From contig CM052832.1 of the NCBI GenBank assembly GCA_028534125.1, positions 20,710,001-20,774,000 on the forward strand: a stretch of DNA of 64,000 bases, in the 5' to 3' direction. Both the position numbers and the translations under genes were made by a program. This document shows, one piece after another, positions 1 through 12,700 of the stretch (position 1 is the stretch's first letter; the number at the start of each line of letters is the position of its first letter). The stretch comes from Lama glama (taxonomy: Eukaryota). The notes beneath the pieces were generated by a model. That model saw only the letters and a list, made by a program, of their open reading frames with translations. It was not told the origin of the DNA and searched no databases.

Positions 1-2346
1 TTTCTTCCATTATATATATGAATTAAGAATGTTACAACATGAAACTCTTCTTGCTATACATTTAACAGAAATAAATATAAGGCAGAAAGACATGAAGACT
101 TAGCATGAGCTCATGGTGCCTTGATCAAAGAAGGCTTAGTCGACAAGAGTATTTCAAATGGTCTTTTTGTCTGGCATCCCAGAGGTCTGTACACCCTGGG
201 GCATCACACAATGGTAAGATTCCAAATGAGTGAAAGGCATGCCTTTCTTTATAGAAGAGGATAAGGGTAATTCTGAAAGGGGAGGTGGGAAAGAGACCTG
301 TATTTGAGTCTTCAAATACAAATGCTTTTTCAGAGAGAAAAATTTAGAAAAGAGAGCCTGAAAATTAAGAATTCGAGAATCTGAAAATTGTTTCCCTTAA
401 AACTCTCTACATGAGCATAACCCTTGGAAATCATGTACCCAGGATACCTTGGTTTAGTAACAAGTAATATTTGTTGAATGATCCAATGTTTTAATAATTT
501 TTTTAATTTGGGGCAAAGCATTCATTAACTTGCCATGTAACCAATGGTGTTGATAATCAGCAAATAAATTGGGATGAGAATCTCAAAAATGGAGTGAATA
601 GATGAGGGATTTAATCTGAAGTCCAAGTGAAGGGAGTGTGACATGCAGAGAGAGAAGGCAGTTTTAATTCTTCTGAGGAATAGCGATTGTTAAGATGTTG
701 CCCTAGAGGTGCTGTGAGAAAGAGGCCCTGCGCCAAACCAGGACAGAGGAGATGACGTAGTCTAACCTCGGGTAGCATGATGGCAGAATGTTTCAGCCCA
801 CAGCCCTTTTTTAATGACAGAGATCTCCACCGTGGCCAGTAGGATCCAAAAGATGATGCCAACAATCGCAATACAAATGACAGATACAGGGGAACAACAC
901 AGACCACCCCTAAACAACAAAAGGTATTCTTAATGAGAAATTATTTATGCCCCTACCTGCCTTAGTTCTACCTTTGACAGAGAAATTACTGGAAGAAGCA
1001 GCATAGGAGCTCAAACTCCTTCCAGGAAGCCAACTGGTGAGCACAAACCATGGAATTACCATGTGGGTCTAGAGTCACTTTTACGACCACATTGTGCCTC
1101 CTCACCCCTCAGGTGGGTGGCCTTGGAAATAGCAGTTACAATTGTGATTTTAAAGAAATATTAAATACAGATGTTCTTCCATCTCACTGCCTATAAACTC
1201 TATAAACAGGTAATTGTGAAATTTAACAGGTAAAACTGCCTTACTCAGAGGATTATTTTACAGTGATTAGAAAATAAGTGATTCTTAAAGAAATTTGGCC
1301 AAAACATTGTCAGTGCTTCATTGTACCCACACTCTACAAATACTCCAAAGTTGTGTTTTTAATAGAACAAAAAAGGTACTAAATTCATATCAATATAATG
1401 AGCTAAAAAGTGCAAATTTTAGTTAATTAACCAACTGTACTGTTACTATTTTAAAAAATGAAAGTATTCTGGAGTTGAGGAGGATTTGTTTTGGTTTGAT
1501 GCTGATTTATCCCACTGGATTGACAAAGTCCCTTGACTACTGAGTTTTATGTTACGTTGTTGCTATTCTACTTAATGTATCACAGTCCTTCAAATCTGAG
1601 CATTGTACGGTCCAGAAGAAGCATGTACAACCTCTCCTGGTACCTTTCAAACTTTTAGAGGAGGAAATAGGTTCCCCATTTCTAGAAAAGGAAACTTCCA
1701 CATCACAGGGAACACCAGCACAAGCAGGTATAGCTCAGATAAGGTGGAAAATAAAACCAAAAAGAGGGTTGACTCACAGCATTTTCCTCAAAGGAAGAGG
1801 TGTATGTTCAGCTTCCTTTTTATCAGCACTTAGAATTAACACTTGACTAAACCAAGTCTGTAGCAACAAGTAGAGGGTAAGGAAGGGCAGGGTGGGCAAT
1901 AGGCCCTGAGGTCATGAATAAAGGCTCTGGGGAGGGGAGAGTGGGAGGGCTGCAGCTTTAGTTGAAAGAATTTGCCTTTGTCCCCAATTCCAGGGCCTCC
2001 TTTAGCCATGACATAGCATAAATAGAAGATTGAACTTAAAAAAAAAAATTAATGAAACAAGGCAGGATGGTTGTGTTTCTGCAAATGCCTTGAACAAAGC
2101 ATGTGTTTCTGTTTAATACTGGATAAGCTCCAATTGATGTCTAGATCCTTGACAAAATGTTTACTTTTCTGCGGGATTTTTTTCCCCCCAATAAGGCATT
2201 ATGAAGCCATGGCTACAGCTCTGGACTTCAAAGTTGCTCAGCCTCCCCTGAAAAGCCATGGTTTTACCCCATCCCCCATCCCCATTCAAAGGAAATCTTA
2301 ATTTTTAAAAAATCATCTGGTGCCTGAAAAAGATCAATCTTAGTAC

Positions 2347-2388
2347 CAAAAACAAAACAAAACAAAACAAAACACCAAACAAACAAAA
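2347..2388 (+). repeat. (CAAAA)n simple repeat
   Basis: caaaaacaaaacaaaacaaaacaaaacacc... Confidence 0.85.
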
Positions 2389-3064
2389 CCCAGAAGAAAC
2401 TTGATGAAGAGTTGAAAAAAAGATTCACCAAAGCAACTACTAAGACAACAAATACGAAAAAATGGATGTTCGTTTTCATTGGGTTACTCTGCCCTGCACA
2501 ATACTTTGGGTGTCACATAAAACAACAACAGCAAAAATAACTTGTTTTATTTTTAAGCAGTTGTGAACTACTGATGTGAGTGTGCAAAAGCACTGCAGAG
2601 GAAGGTTTGAAAATAAAAAATGTTACTTTATACTACTTTGGTTATTTTATTTAACTCCATAGGCCTGTATAAAGTAAAATACATATGCCATGAGTCATAA
2701 ATATGTTAAGACAATAAATGAATAAGCTTGAATGGTTTTATCTTACATTTTTACTAGAAAATTTAACCCATAATAAAAGCCACATACTATGATGCAACAG
2801 AGTGCAGGGCAACTATAAAAGTAGGGAAAAAAAATGCCTGTAGGTAACAACTATTTAGTTGAAAAGATAAAAGAATTTTGTAAAAATTAACTAAAACTAA
2901 AGCCTCTAATATCACTGTAAAAGGATCTGATTTCTCCCTTTTCAATTTTTAAAATCCTTTTGACCAATGTTTTCCAAATCTGAGTAAACTACCCACTTTT
3001 CCCCAGCATTCTCCAAGGAGTGCTGAAATTGAATAATAAAGACCTGGGTTTTGGTCCTGCCTCA

Positions 3065-3485
3065 AGTTAGTGTTTGCTATTGAACCAATCACCCCAAACC
3101 ACAGGGCCTTAAAACAAAATCGATGATTAGTGTGTAATTCTGTGTGTTCTCTGGTTGGTTCAACCCCCTTGGCTGGCTTGCTGGTGCAGGTTGATGCAGA
3201 ATGACTTCATCCAAATGTCTGAGGCCTCAGCTGGGCCTCCAGGAGGCCAGCCCAGGCCTCCCCACCTCAGCAGATGGATTCTCAGCAGGAAGAAAGGGCA
3301 AGTGCAATCAATGAACAAGCACTTATCAAGCCTCTGTTTGCGCCACATTTGCTATTGTTCCATGATGGAGGAGAGCAATCATATGCATAAGCTGAGCCAG
3401 AGTAGAAGGCAACACCACAAGGAAACAGATGCAGGGAGATGGAACAATTGGGAGAGGGGAGCATTGATGCAACAATCTGCCTCTC
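3065..3485 (-). mobile_element. MaLR LTR (MLT1H/G-like), apparently inserted into a MIR
   Basis: Reverse MLT1 end (aatcaccccaaacc...ttaaaacaa) and internal ttatcaagcctctgtttgcgccacatttgcta motif; MIR-like halves at about 3030-3062 and 3490-3545. Confidence 0.6.
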
Positions 3486-4740
3486 TAAGTTAGTCAGTTA
3501 ACTTCCTTGGGACTCATTTTTTTTTTCATTCCTAAATTGGAAAAGAAAATAATTTGAATTTTTCACACATTTATCTCCTCATGAAAAAACTTGAGGCCAG
3601 CAAGACTTAAATTCAAATAGTGACCCTTCATAAATATTTAACAAATGTATGTTAAATTAAATGTACTAAATATATCATTTATTTATAAATTGATTATCAA
3701 GCTCATTTCTCATGCTAAAATTCTTTAGGCTATGGCTTAGGTTAATATTAAATTTTTATTAATGTGAGGAATAGAATATAGTAAACTCTAAATCAGTTCA
3801 AATATTTTCCAAATGTGAATAATTTCAAAAATTCTATCTATAAAGATAAATTCTTGACAGATAACATAATCTTTGGAAAAAACTGACAGTTATACTTGGC
3901 ATGGCTTTAAACGGAGAGCAATGCCCACAACCAAAACCATGAGCAAGGAATTATATCCGTACATTGGGTGCACCCACTAAATCAACCGTTACTAAGTGAA
4001 TTAGTAACAGAGGGCCCCGTCCCAGAGAAATTCAAATTGATGTATTTACTGTAGCCTGCAGAGAAAGGGAAATATTATCAGAGGAATCTCATGATTATTA
4101 TTATTCAAAGCCATTAGGGATATGCCTAAATCATGTGGCATACAGTTTAAAAAAAAAAAAAAGCTTCTCTTTTTTTCTCAAAATTTCAACAAATGCATAA
4201 TAGGTTATATTTTTTGCATTCTTAACTAGATGCTATGTACTCTTTCAGGCAGTTCACAAGTAATACATTACTTAATCCCCACAAGAATATCATGCGGTAG
4301 AAAGTGAGAATCAGAATAGTTTAGAGCCTTGCCCAAGGTCATTATGGGAGTGGAACAATGATAGCCTTGGAGGTAGGAAGATGGAAATTTAGAAGTCACT
4401 GAAATATACATGGGGACTGGAGCCATGGGGGGAAAGTACGAGGTGCAGATCTAGACTGAAGCCAGCCTTGGTGAGCTGGTGAATGAATAGAAGGTGATCA
4501 TTAGGAGCAAAGAAAGTTGAATCTTTCAAAGGGTGCTGGAAAAAAAGGCAAACACAAGGCAGAAGTTTGAGAGTGAGAGAGATAGAGGGTACAAAGTTGT
4601 CTTTAACAAGTACATATTTTCCACGTTCATGAAAGTGGAAAGTAGCCAAATAAGGCAATTTTAAATAAGAGGAAGCTTTATTTGCTCAAGACTTTGGCTT
4701 TCTAAATCTACACAGCTGAAACTAGGTAGCTCTAGATCCT

Positions 4741-4890
4741 TGATACTCCATGTTTGGTCAGCAGTATTAGCATTTCCTGGGAGGTAGTTAAAAATACAAA
4801 ATCTCAGAATCCACTTCACCCAAGAATCTATGTTTTAATAATAAAAAAAAACCTAGTGATTGAAATGCATTTTAAAGTTTGAAAACCAAG
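4741..4890 (+). mobile_element. MER5A-like hAT-Charlie fragment
   Basis: cagcagtattagcatttcctgggag...aaatctcag...agtgattgaaatgcattttaaagtttgaaaacca. Confidence 0.6.
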
Positions 4891-5393
4891 AATCTAAATT
4901 CTACTATAGATAACCCAAGGGAAAACCTTATTCATTACAGTGTGGTTTTGAATTATTTTAATTTGTTTTGTATGCACACCAGAGTCACATCTAATTTATT
5001 TGTAAACATCAGCATTGCTCTTTCACAAACCTAGTAATTAACTAGTTTCAAGTTATACTTTCCATCTCGAGTAACGAACATTTTACTCTAAAATTAGAAT
5101 GCTATCACATCAACAGACTTGGGTGAGGCTCTTCCTGCCATTTGCAGTGTTCTTTATCCTCCTCTAATTCATTGCAATATCCAGTTTCCAAAGGTAAATG
5201 TATAATGGGTTTATCTCAATGGTGATGCTTATTTTCTTCAAACGTGCCCCAGCTTATGTCATAGACACACTGTAGGAGAGTAAATAAAGGGCTCAAAGGG
5301 TTTTTTACGTGGGGTGTAGCAGCAGCCATGATAGCAGAGAATGGGAAATGATCCGAGGACCAGAGAGAGGATTCTATAAAAGGAAAACACACA

Positions 5394-6441
5394 CAGAAGC
5401 AATCCTTGTCTGCACAATTCCAATATACAAAAAGTTCAGTTACTACAGTTCAGTGAAATAATACCAGTCTCCAACAACATGGTTCAAATTTCAGTTCCCA
5501 CAATGTATCAAATGTGAGCAATCGCTTGGAGTATAAACTTTGCTTCTTGCTCTTCAGGCCACAAATCTGTGTCAAGAACGGGTGTGCATCCTATTCCATG
5601 ACCAATCACAGCACTTCTTCCAAAGTCTGTTGGTGACTGGTCTCTGTGTACCTGTGATTCAGTGCACGCACAGACAGAAAGGCACATTGTTGTGTTGCCC
5701 CCTTGTCTCCCAGTGAAAATCGCACATAACATTTTACAAAAAGGATAATCAAGAGGGAAACGGCCAACAAAGATGAAAGTACAGCAAAGAAAGGAAAGGG
5801 CTAACAATGGAAGTTAAATTAGAATCTTACATCAACAGCTGACCATGGGAATGCTAACCCTGCCACTGTTCAAGAGATTCTGGTCACGTAGCCATAAAAA
5901 CTTAGTGAAAGAGAACTTACCAACAGAAATGAGGAAAATAATTAATGATGAAAAGGATGAAGATGTTCCACAGGAAGTAACATCAGTAAAAATAAATTTC
6001 ACAATAAAATAACTCTCAGTGATATTTCATGACACTGAAAACACAAAGGACAAAATGTTGGAAGGTGATCCAAACTTAGAAAGCAGTAGAGCAATTTGCC
6101 ATGACCTAGAAGATATTCACTCCATACCACTAGTTACATGATGAGAAAAAGGTAAGGCTGAACCAAGAAGTTCAAACTACTCTCAACACATTTTTACAAA
6201 GAAATCAACACTCTAATTACTAATAGTTCTGTTTTAAGTTATAAAACACTAAACAGACATCTTACTGTTTTTTCATCTCCCTCCATGTTTATGAAAAGAG
6301 CGTTTTTAATGTTTTAACCAAAAATTGTAAAGGTCACTGAACAAATTGCTTTGTGCATTTCCAGTTTGCAAGGTCATTTTTACAATCCCACATTAGCGGG
6401 ACTGTAAAATTTTGTACTAGTGTGCAAAGTGAAGACTGCCA
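5394..6441. mobile_element. Tigger6a-like TcMar-Tigger DNA transposon, near full length
   Basis: Degenerate TIRs cagaagcaatccttgtctgcaca and tgtgcaaagtgaagactgcc; interior matches the remembered Tigger6a consensus (ggccaacaaagatgaaagtacagcaaag; gatccaaacttagaaag). Confidence 0.75.
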
Positions 6442-7324
6442 ATAGATACAGATAGACGATGACAAATGGCAGGTGATGGTGGATTAGATAGACAGGTACA
6501 GGACAAGTAAATAGAGATGGAGGTAGAAGTAGAGATGAGATAGAGACAGAAATGGAGATATATAGAGGGAAATAGAAGAAAATGGTCAAAATCAATTTAA
6601 ACATAGGGTAATCTTGAACCATATTTTTTTGCGCCCCTAAGTGCCGGGTTCAATAAGGGAAAGTATGTTTGTATATATATGCACTGGATATCCAATCACA
6701 ATATGCACATGCATATAGTATGCAGATTTTGAGTATGGGTCATTTAGGGTTTACCTTTTAACCTGAGAGTTGATTTATAAGAGAGAATTTTATGAGAGTT
6801 CTGCCAACAGCTCTTTCCATAACACAATAAGGAAGACTCCTTTGCAAGCATACTTCACTCTATGTAATACATGTAATCCTAATTTTATACAAATTCTCTT
6901 CTTCTAAACTAAATTATACTTAAACCCACAAGAAAAATTTCTAGCAACAAAGGGTATCACTAATCTACAAAATAAAAAGCTGACATAAAAATAATTATTT
7001 TATTTAAATTTCCAATGAATCTATGTATGTTATATAAATAAGTAAAAATGAAGCTGCCTTACCAGGTTGTTGTTAATTGTAAAACATAAGAAGTTTCAAT
7101 GTATAAGAATAGGAAGATAAAGATATTAATTGGTTCTTAGATATTATCAAATTACTATGTGAAAACCAATTCCCAAAAAGGTAGAAAGTAACAATATATG
7201 CATGCTAAAGATGAGGGAATGCAACTAGATCCATAAGTCACAAAACTGCCCCTTGACCATTTCATTTACTTTTTCATATAAAATTAATATTTATTTCACA
7301 GAGTTTCTCAACTACTGAGATCCT

Positions 7325-7700
7325 GGGGCAGTTTCTCAATGCCTTCTCCTTCCATAAGACAGAGTTGCTATTGGAAAGCTTTGTCTCTAGCTGGCCCATA
7401 TGACTAGCTCTCACCAATGGATTCTGACAGGAAGTTGATTTTACCACTTTCAGGTCAAGATCGGTAAGAAGTCAGTACAGCTTCTCCACCCTTACTTTCC
7501 CCTTCCCGCAGGAGAAAGCAGGACCCCAAGGACTTGGAGCGCGGCAGAATTACAAGGCAGAAGGGACTGGATCTTTACCACAGAGACAAAAGTTTTCTTA
7601 CAACCAGGAGCACCCACATTAGAGGCTAAATGAACAAGAAATACTCATTACTGAAATGCTGGTGTTTACTGTTGCTATGCCTAGTAGGGCCCAACTAAAA
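7325..7700 (+). mobile_element. Old MaLR/ERVL LTR (MLT1J/I-like)
   Basis: tagctggcccatatgactagctctcaccaatgg...ggcagaattacaaggcagaagggactggatc. Confidence 0.5.
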
Positions 7701-7739
7701 ACACTGTTTCCTAGGTACCATATCCGTAAACTTTTTAAT

Positions 7740-7905
7740 CCAGTGCGATACAAAGAACTTTCTGTGATGAAATTTTTACACTGTCCAACGTGGCAGCCAC
7801 AAACCACATGTGGCTACTGAAAGGGCTAACATTTTATCTATTTAAATTTAATTCATTTAAACTTAAATGTTAATAACCACATGTTGCTAGTGACTGTCCT
7901 AACAG
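7740..7905. mobile_element. MER3-like hAT-Charlie element
   Basis: agaactttctgtgatg...ctgtccaacgtggcagccac...cacatgtggctactga...accacatgttgctagtg. Confidence 0.7.
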
Positions 7906-10900
7906 GAAGCTTAGTTCTCATCTTTAGTAATAACATTCCAACATTCAACAGAACACAAGGCTGTTTTCAACATAACTCCCTACCTACTGGTAAGCTGTGG
8001 TCCTGAATCTTGAAAAATCTGACAAAGTAAGTGTGAATTTTGGATAATGGCATTTTTTTTTCCTAAAAAGAAAAGAGGGTAGTTAACAACTATCTATATC
8101 TATTAGCTTTAAAACATATTTTATTTTTCTTTCAGAAGCACATTTGAAGGTAAGTTTTACTGTTGATCACCACCAGGGCAAAGGGCAGGGACTTTGTCAG
8201 GAAAATCTGGAGAACCCTATTCTGTTACCGAGGGTCAACAGCGTGTTGGATAAATATTGCATCCTAGATTCTCTTCCTTTCCCCTATATTATCAGTAAAA
8301 TTTATCAAGCCATCAAGTTATCCAGAGATACATGTAGATTGTAGATGTATTGGGTAGTAGATTCTTAGGTCAATTAATACAGTGGATTATGAGTATGAGG
8401 GACCATAAAAATGCATATGGCTAAAGTCTCGCTCTACTTTTATGGTAAATCCATAGCCAATACACTAAGAGTGCATGCATAATTCTGAGGTATGAACTTG
8501 GAGTACTTCTACTCCCTACAAACCTCTCATAGTAGCTGCATTGTTGAGAATGTTATAATTCATGTGATTTATTCTTTACCCTTACTTCTTGTTTGTTTGC
8601 TTGACCACCATTTTGCCTCACTCCCACCCAGGCCCGAAGGCCCAGTGCAATATCAAGCATTATTTGTACCCAGCCTGAGTGGTAAGACATGAAACAGTTT
8701 CTGTACTTTGGCAAAGACTATTACTATAAAGGGAAAACTGGAGCAAAGCAAATCAAATTTTCTCTAGAGACACAGTGTAACATATCAGTTTTTAAATCAA
8801 AAGAGCCATGCAATGAGTAAATTTTGTGGGTTTTAATGTGTCACTATTGTTTACTATTTTTTTCTTTGCAAATTTAGTAGATGTGAGAAATTATTTTAAG
8901 AAATTAGTATTTATCACTGTTTATAAAAATACAGAACAAATCTAGCCAAGATATGATGCAAAATGGAACAAAACAGATGAGACCCTTGTCAATTTTTAAT
9001 CAGCAGAGCAAAGAACATCACACTAATAAAACTTAATTAAATCATTAAATATTTAAAACAAATTTTTAACTCTAGCTTATTGAATGGTTCCCTTCTACGT
9101 ATTTGAAGCCCTATTAGGAAGTCTATACATAAAGAAAAATTAAATGTAAAACCAAACAATTTAATGTATTCATCTCAATCAAAAATTCCATTTCATTTAT
9201 CCTTCCGAAATTTAAATCACCTCAGAACACTACATCTCAATTTATATTTCCCTCACATCAGGACATGCATAATAAAATACTGTTACAAATACATCGCCTG
9301 CAAAGTGGTTGTGCCTTATAAATATAACTCATTCATTTTACACGTTTCATTTCATTTCAATAATAAAGTATAATAATACTGTCCAATTTTCAATGAATGT
9401 CAAATCTCTGGTAGATGATATAATGGATATTCACTAACTTCATTTTTTTATATCACTTACATCACTCATAACCAACCAGATATACACATATGTGTCTTCA
9501 ACAACCTCCAGACCAACGTTTCTTACATTGAGGAACAGGAATTTGCCTTTGTAAGAAAGACAGAATTAGATACATAACTACTTTCTTTGGTAAAAATGCA
9601 ATATATCAGCATATTATTACATGGATCTGAGTATGTCTAGAGGGTAACCATGTCTCTCACATATAAATAAATACTACATATATTAAAATCTACCAAAACA
9701 GTAACTACTGAAAAGTAACCAAACACGTTACAAAAAACACAAGCAGACTCCGGGATTGTTTTAGTCTGGCCAAGTAAGAGCGGTAGAGTGACCCTTCACT
9801 CACTTGTGGGCATGCTGTACACGGAAACTCGCATTCGGTAGCTTTAGCGGGAAGCGGGATCACAATCCATGTGGGACCCACAGCCCTGATAAGTATGGAG
9901 ATCTTTTCTCGCTTTGAAACTTTCAGACTTCCTCTGAATGACAGAATGGCTTTAGACTCCTTGGTCTGGTAACAGAAACCCAAGAAGTCTACTTTTAAGC
10001 CACTGATGTCACTTCTCTTTGACCTTACTGGTCTTCTTCCCTCACCATCCAGTGTGCTGCCCAAATCACAAACTGGAATCCGTTTACAATCATCCGAAAG
10101 TGCCAGTCCCACCAAAACATCTTTTGAACCTCTCCGCACAGCCCCCCTGGATTGACTGCCTTACTCCAGCCTCCGTGACCCTCATGCTTGCACTGTAAGC
10201 AGCCTCCTGGTCCCTCCCTGAGTTTGCCTTTCCCCAGGTTATATGGCATTTTAAACCCACTTAACAGCTTGTTTTCAACCTACCTTTTCTCAGTCTTCTC
10301 AATACCCTTTTGAAATCTCATGCAGAGAAAGCAGCAGAAGTCTCTGAGAGAGAGTTGTTTCAGAGCATGGAATTCTGTTTTGGTGAAATAACTCTAGAAA
10401 TGTACCACTTAAAGCAGTACTTTACTTTTGAAATGAACAATTAAAATATAAGAAAAGTTATACACAGTTTTCTTCTTAGCAGGCACAGCGGTTACACCTG
10501 AGGCAATGGCAATTTCGATGTCTGGTTTACAACCAAAAAATTCAGAGTCTACAGCTAATATGTTACAGCCTGCTTGTCCAGCAGATTCATTAGGAAAAAA
10601 ATATTTTGCTTTCATATTTTTCCTAAAAATTGCATAAGTTCACACCTCCTTCAAAGTTCACCACTCCTTAAGGATACAATCCAAATGTATCAACATATCA
10701 CACAGGTCCCTTGACAATCTGACCCTAAATTATTCTAAACATCCCAACTACATATGCAATGCTCCAGGCAAAATGGACTATTATGAACATTAAACTTTCA
10801 GCTGCTCTCTGGACAAGCTCACTCACTCAAAGCCATGCTTTTGACATGACATTCCTACTATTCTCAAACCATCCAGTTATTTAGGCATTTCTCAGGTTTC

Positions 10901-11371
10901 ACTTCCAGGAAATAAGAAGATATGCTTACTGCTTAAGACATGGGAATTATATTTTAAAACCAAACAGATATGCAAAATAAAGCAGCATTGTCAGATAAAT
11001 AGAAAAAAGGCCAAAAGGGAAAGTTATGAAATATTGAAATACTCAAGTGTATCATTTCAAAACTTTCAAGGGACTTTGTATCCTCCAGTTTTATAAAATG
11101 AAAACATTGATTTAAAATGTACATTATTATCTGTTTGCCCTTTAAACATCTCTATTAAGTTTTATAAAGATATAATGGTCTTAGTATCTACTGTAAATAA
11201 TGTTTTAGATGTTTTTATTTTTCTTAACTTATTCTTTCCTCTCTTTTGAGGATCCTTACCATGGTAAGGAAAAAGGAAAAACATAATTTAAGTTTCTTGT
11301 CCAAGAGTAACCATTTCAACAAATAACCATTACGCTTATTATATACAAATATCATTTTAATCAAGTGTATT

Positions 11372-11865
11372 TGTAATAGGGAAGAACAAATCTGACTCCG
11401 TATTAGATCTGTTCCTTCAGCTCTAACCCTGGGCTCAGTCATGCTGGTTCTGCACCTGTTGTAAAAGAAAGTTGCCGATAGCCTGAAATACACAGGATGG
11501 CCCATTCTCAAGGCTCTGACCTTTAGGGTAGAACACCTTTCCATTTACATAGAGATCAAAAGTTGCATAGAAGAGAACAACATTTGGCTTGTTGGAGGTT
11601 TACAGAAACTTCATGACCTGACCTAGATGGACAGCTGCAAGACCAAAGGATTCGGGCACCAAGAAGTGTGCAACATCCTTCATCTTTTTAGTATAAAAGG
11701 AACCTGAATTCTGACTTGGGCAAGATGGTTCTCCAGGACATTAGTTTGCCATCTTCTCGGTCTCCTGGCTTTCCAAATAAAGTCATTATTCCTTGCCCCA
11801 GAGCCTCAGCTCCCAGTTTATTGGCCTGCCATGCAGTAAGCAGAACAAGTGTGGACTTGGTAACA
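11372..11865 (+). mobile_element. Solo ERV1-class LTR, 494 bp
   Basis: TGTAA...TAACA termini; perfect 4-bp TSD tatt (11368-11371 and 11866-11869); TATAAAA 11692-11698; AATAAA 11776-11781. Confidence 0.85.
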
Positions 11866-12404
11866 TATTCTCTAAGAATATTAGGTCGGAGTTCTGAAAA
11901 ACTATCTGTATTCTCTTCTCTGGTCTTTTAATCTAATAAATTGGAACAAACTGTTAAAAGGTTTTCCAGAAACATGATTTTTCAATAAAAACCCACTTGT
12001 GCTACTCCTGGATGTTATCACATGGAAGATGAGGCTTTAGCTGCCTTAGACATATATGGCATTCTGAATATTTCAGTGAGATCTCAACAAACTGGCTCTC
12101 TCTCCAGGAGAAAACATTCCATCCCAATATGGAAGGGGAGCAGGGGAACTTTGGCTTATTGAAGAATAATTCTAAAAAAAAATTAAGTACTTAAAATGAA
12201 GCATACAAAAAAAGGGTACATATCACTTCTTAAACATTATTATTCCATATTCTGGAAAACAAAACTGGGGATTCAAGTCAGTCATAAAATTATTTTTATA
12301 ATTCATTTCAGAGTTAAAAATAACGAATTCAGCTGAAAGCTATGGCAGCTTACTTTCTGCAGACTTTATGAGTATCTTTTATACTATGCTATTAAACTGA
12401 AAAG

Positions 12405-12700
12405 AATATTAGATTTGGAGTCAGATGTATTAGGCTGCTAGTCCATGCTACACTGCCTAATTTGGGGTAAGATATTTAAACTTCTCTGTATCCCATTTCT
12501 CTACACATACAATAAACATTTCTGTATGCGTCTTATGGGATTTGTATCAGCCTCAGTATATTTACAATTAATTATGCATGTGTGTTTTTCCTACACTAGA
12601 CTGTAAACTCCCTGAGAGTTAAGGTTATGTGTGACTCGTCTTTGTCTTCCTCATAGAGCATAGCACAGCTTTTAACACTGCTGATAGTTCACAAATAGTA
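12405..12700 (+). mobile_element. MIR fragment followed by an L2 3' end
   Basis: tttggagtcaga...ttaaacttctctgtatcccatttc; ctagactgtaaactccctgaga...tagcacag. Confidence 0.55.

Noticed and set aside
9705..10139. 144-aa ORF on the - strand
   Set aside because: No recognisable protein similarity, non-ATG start and no exon context; expected by chance.
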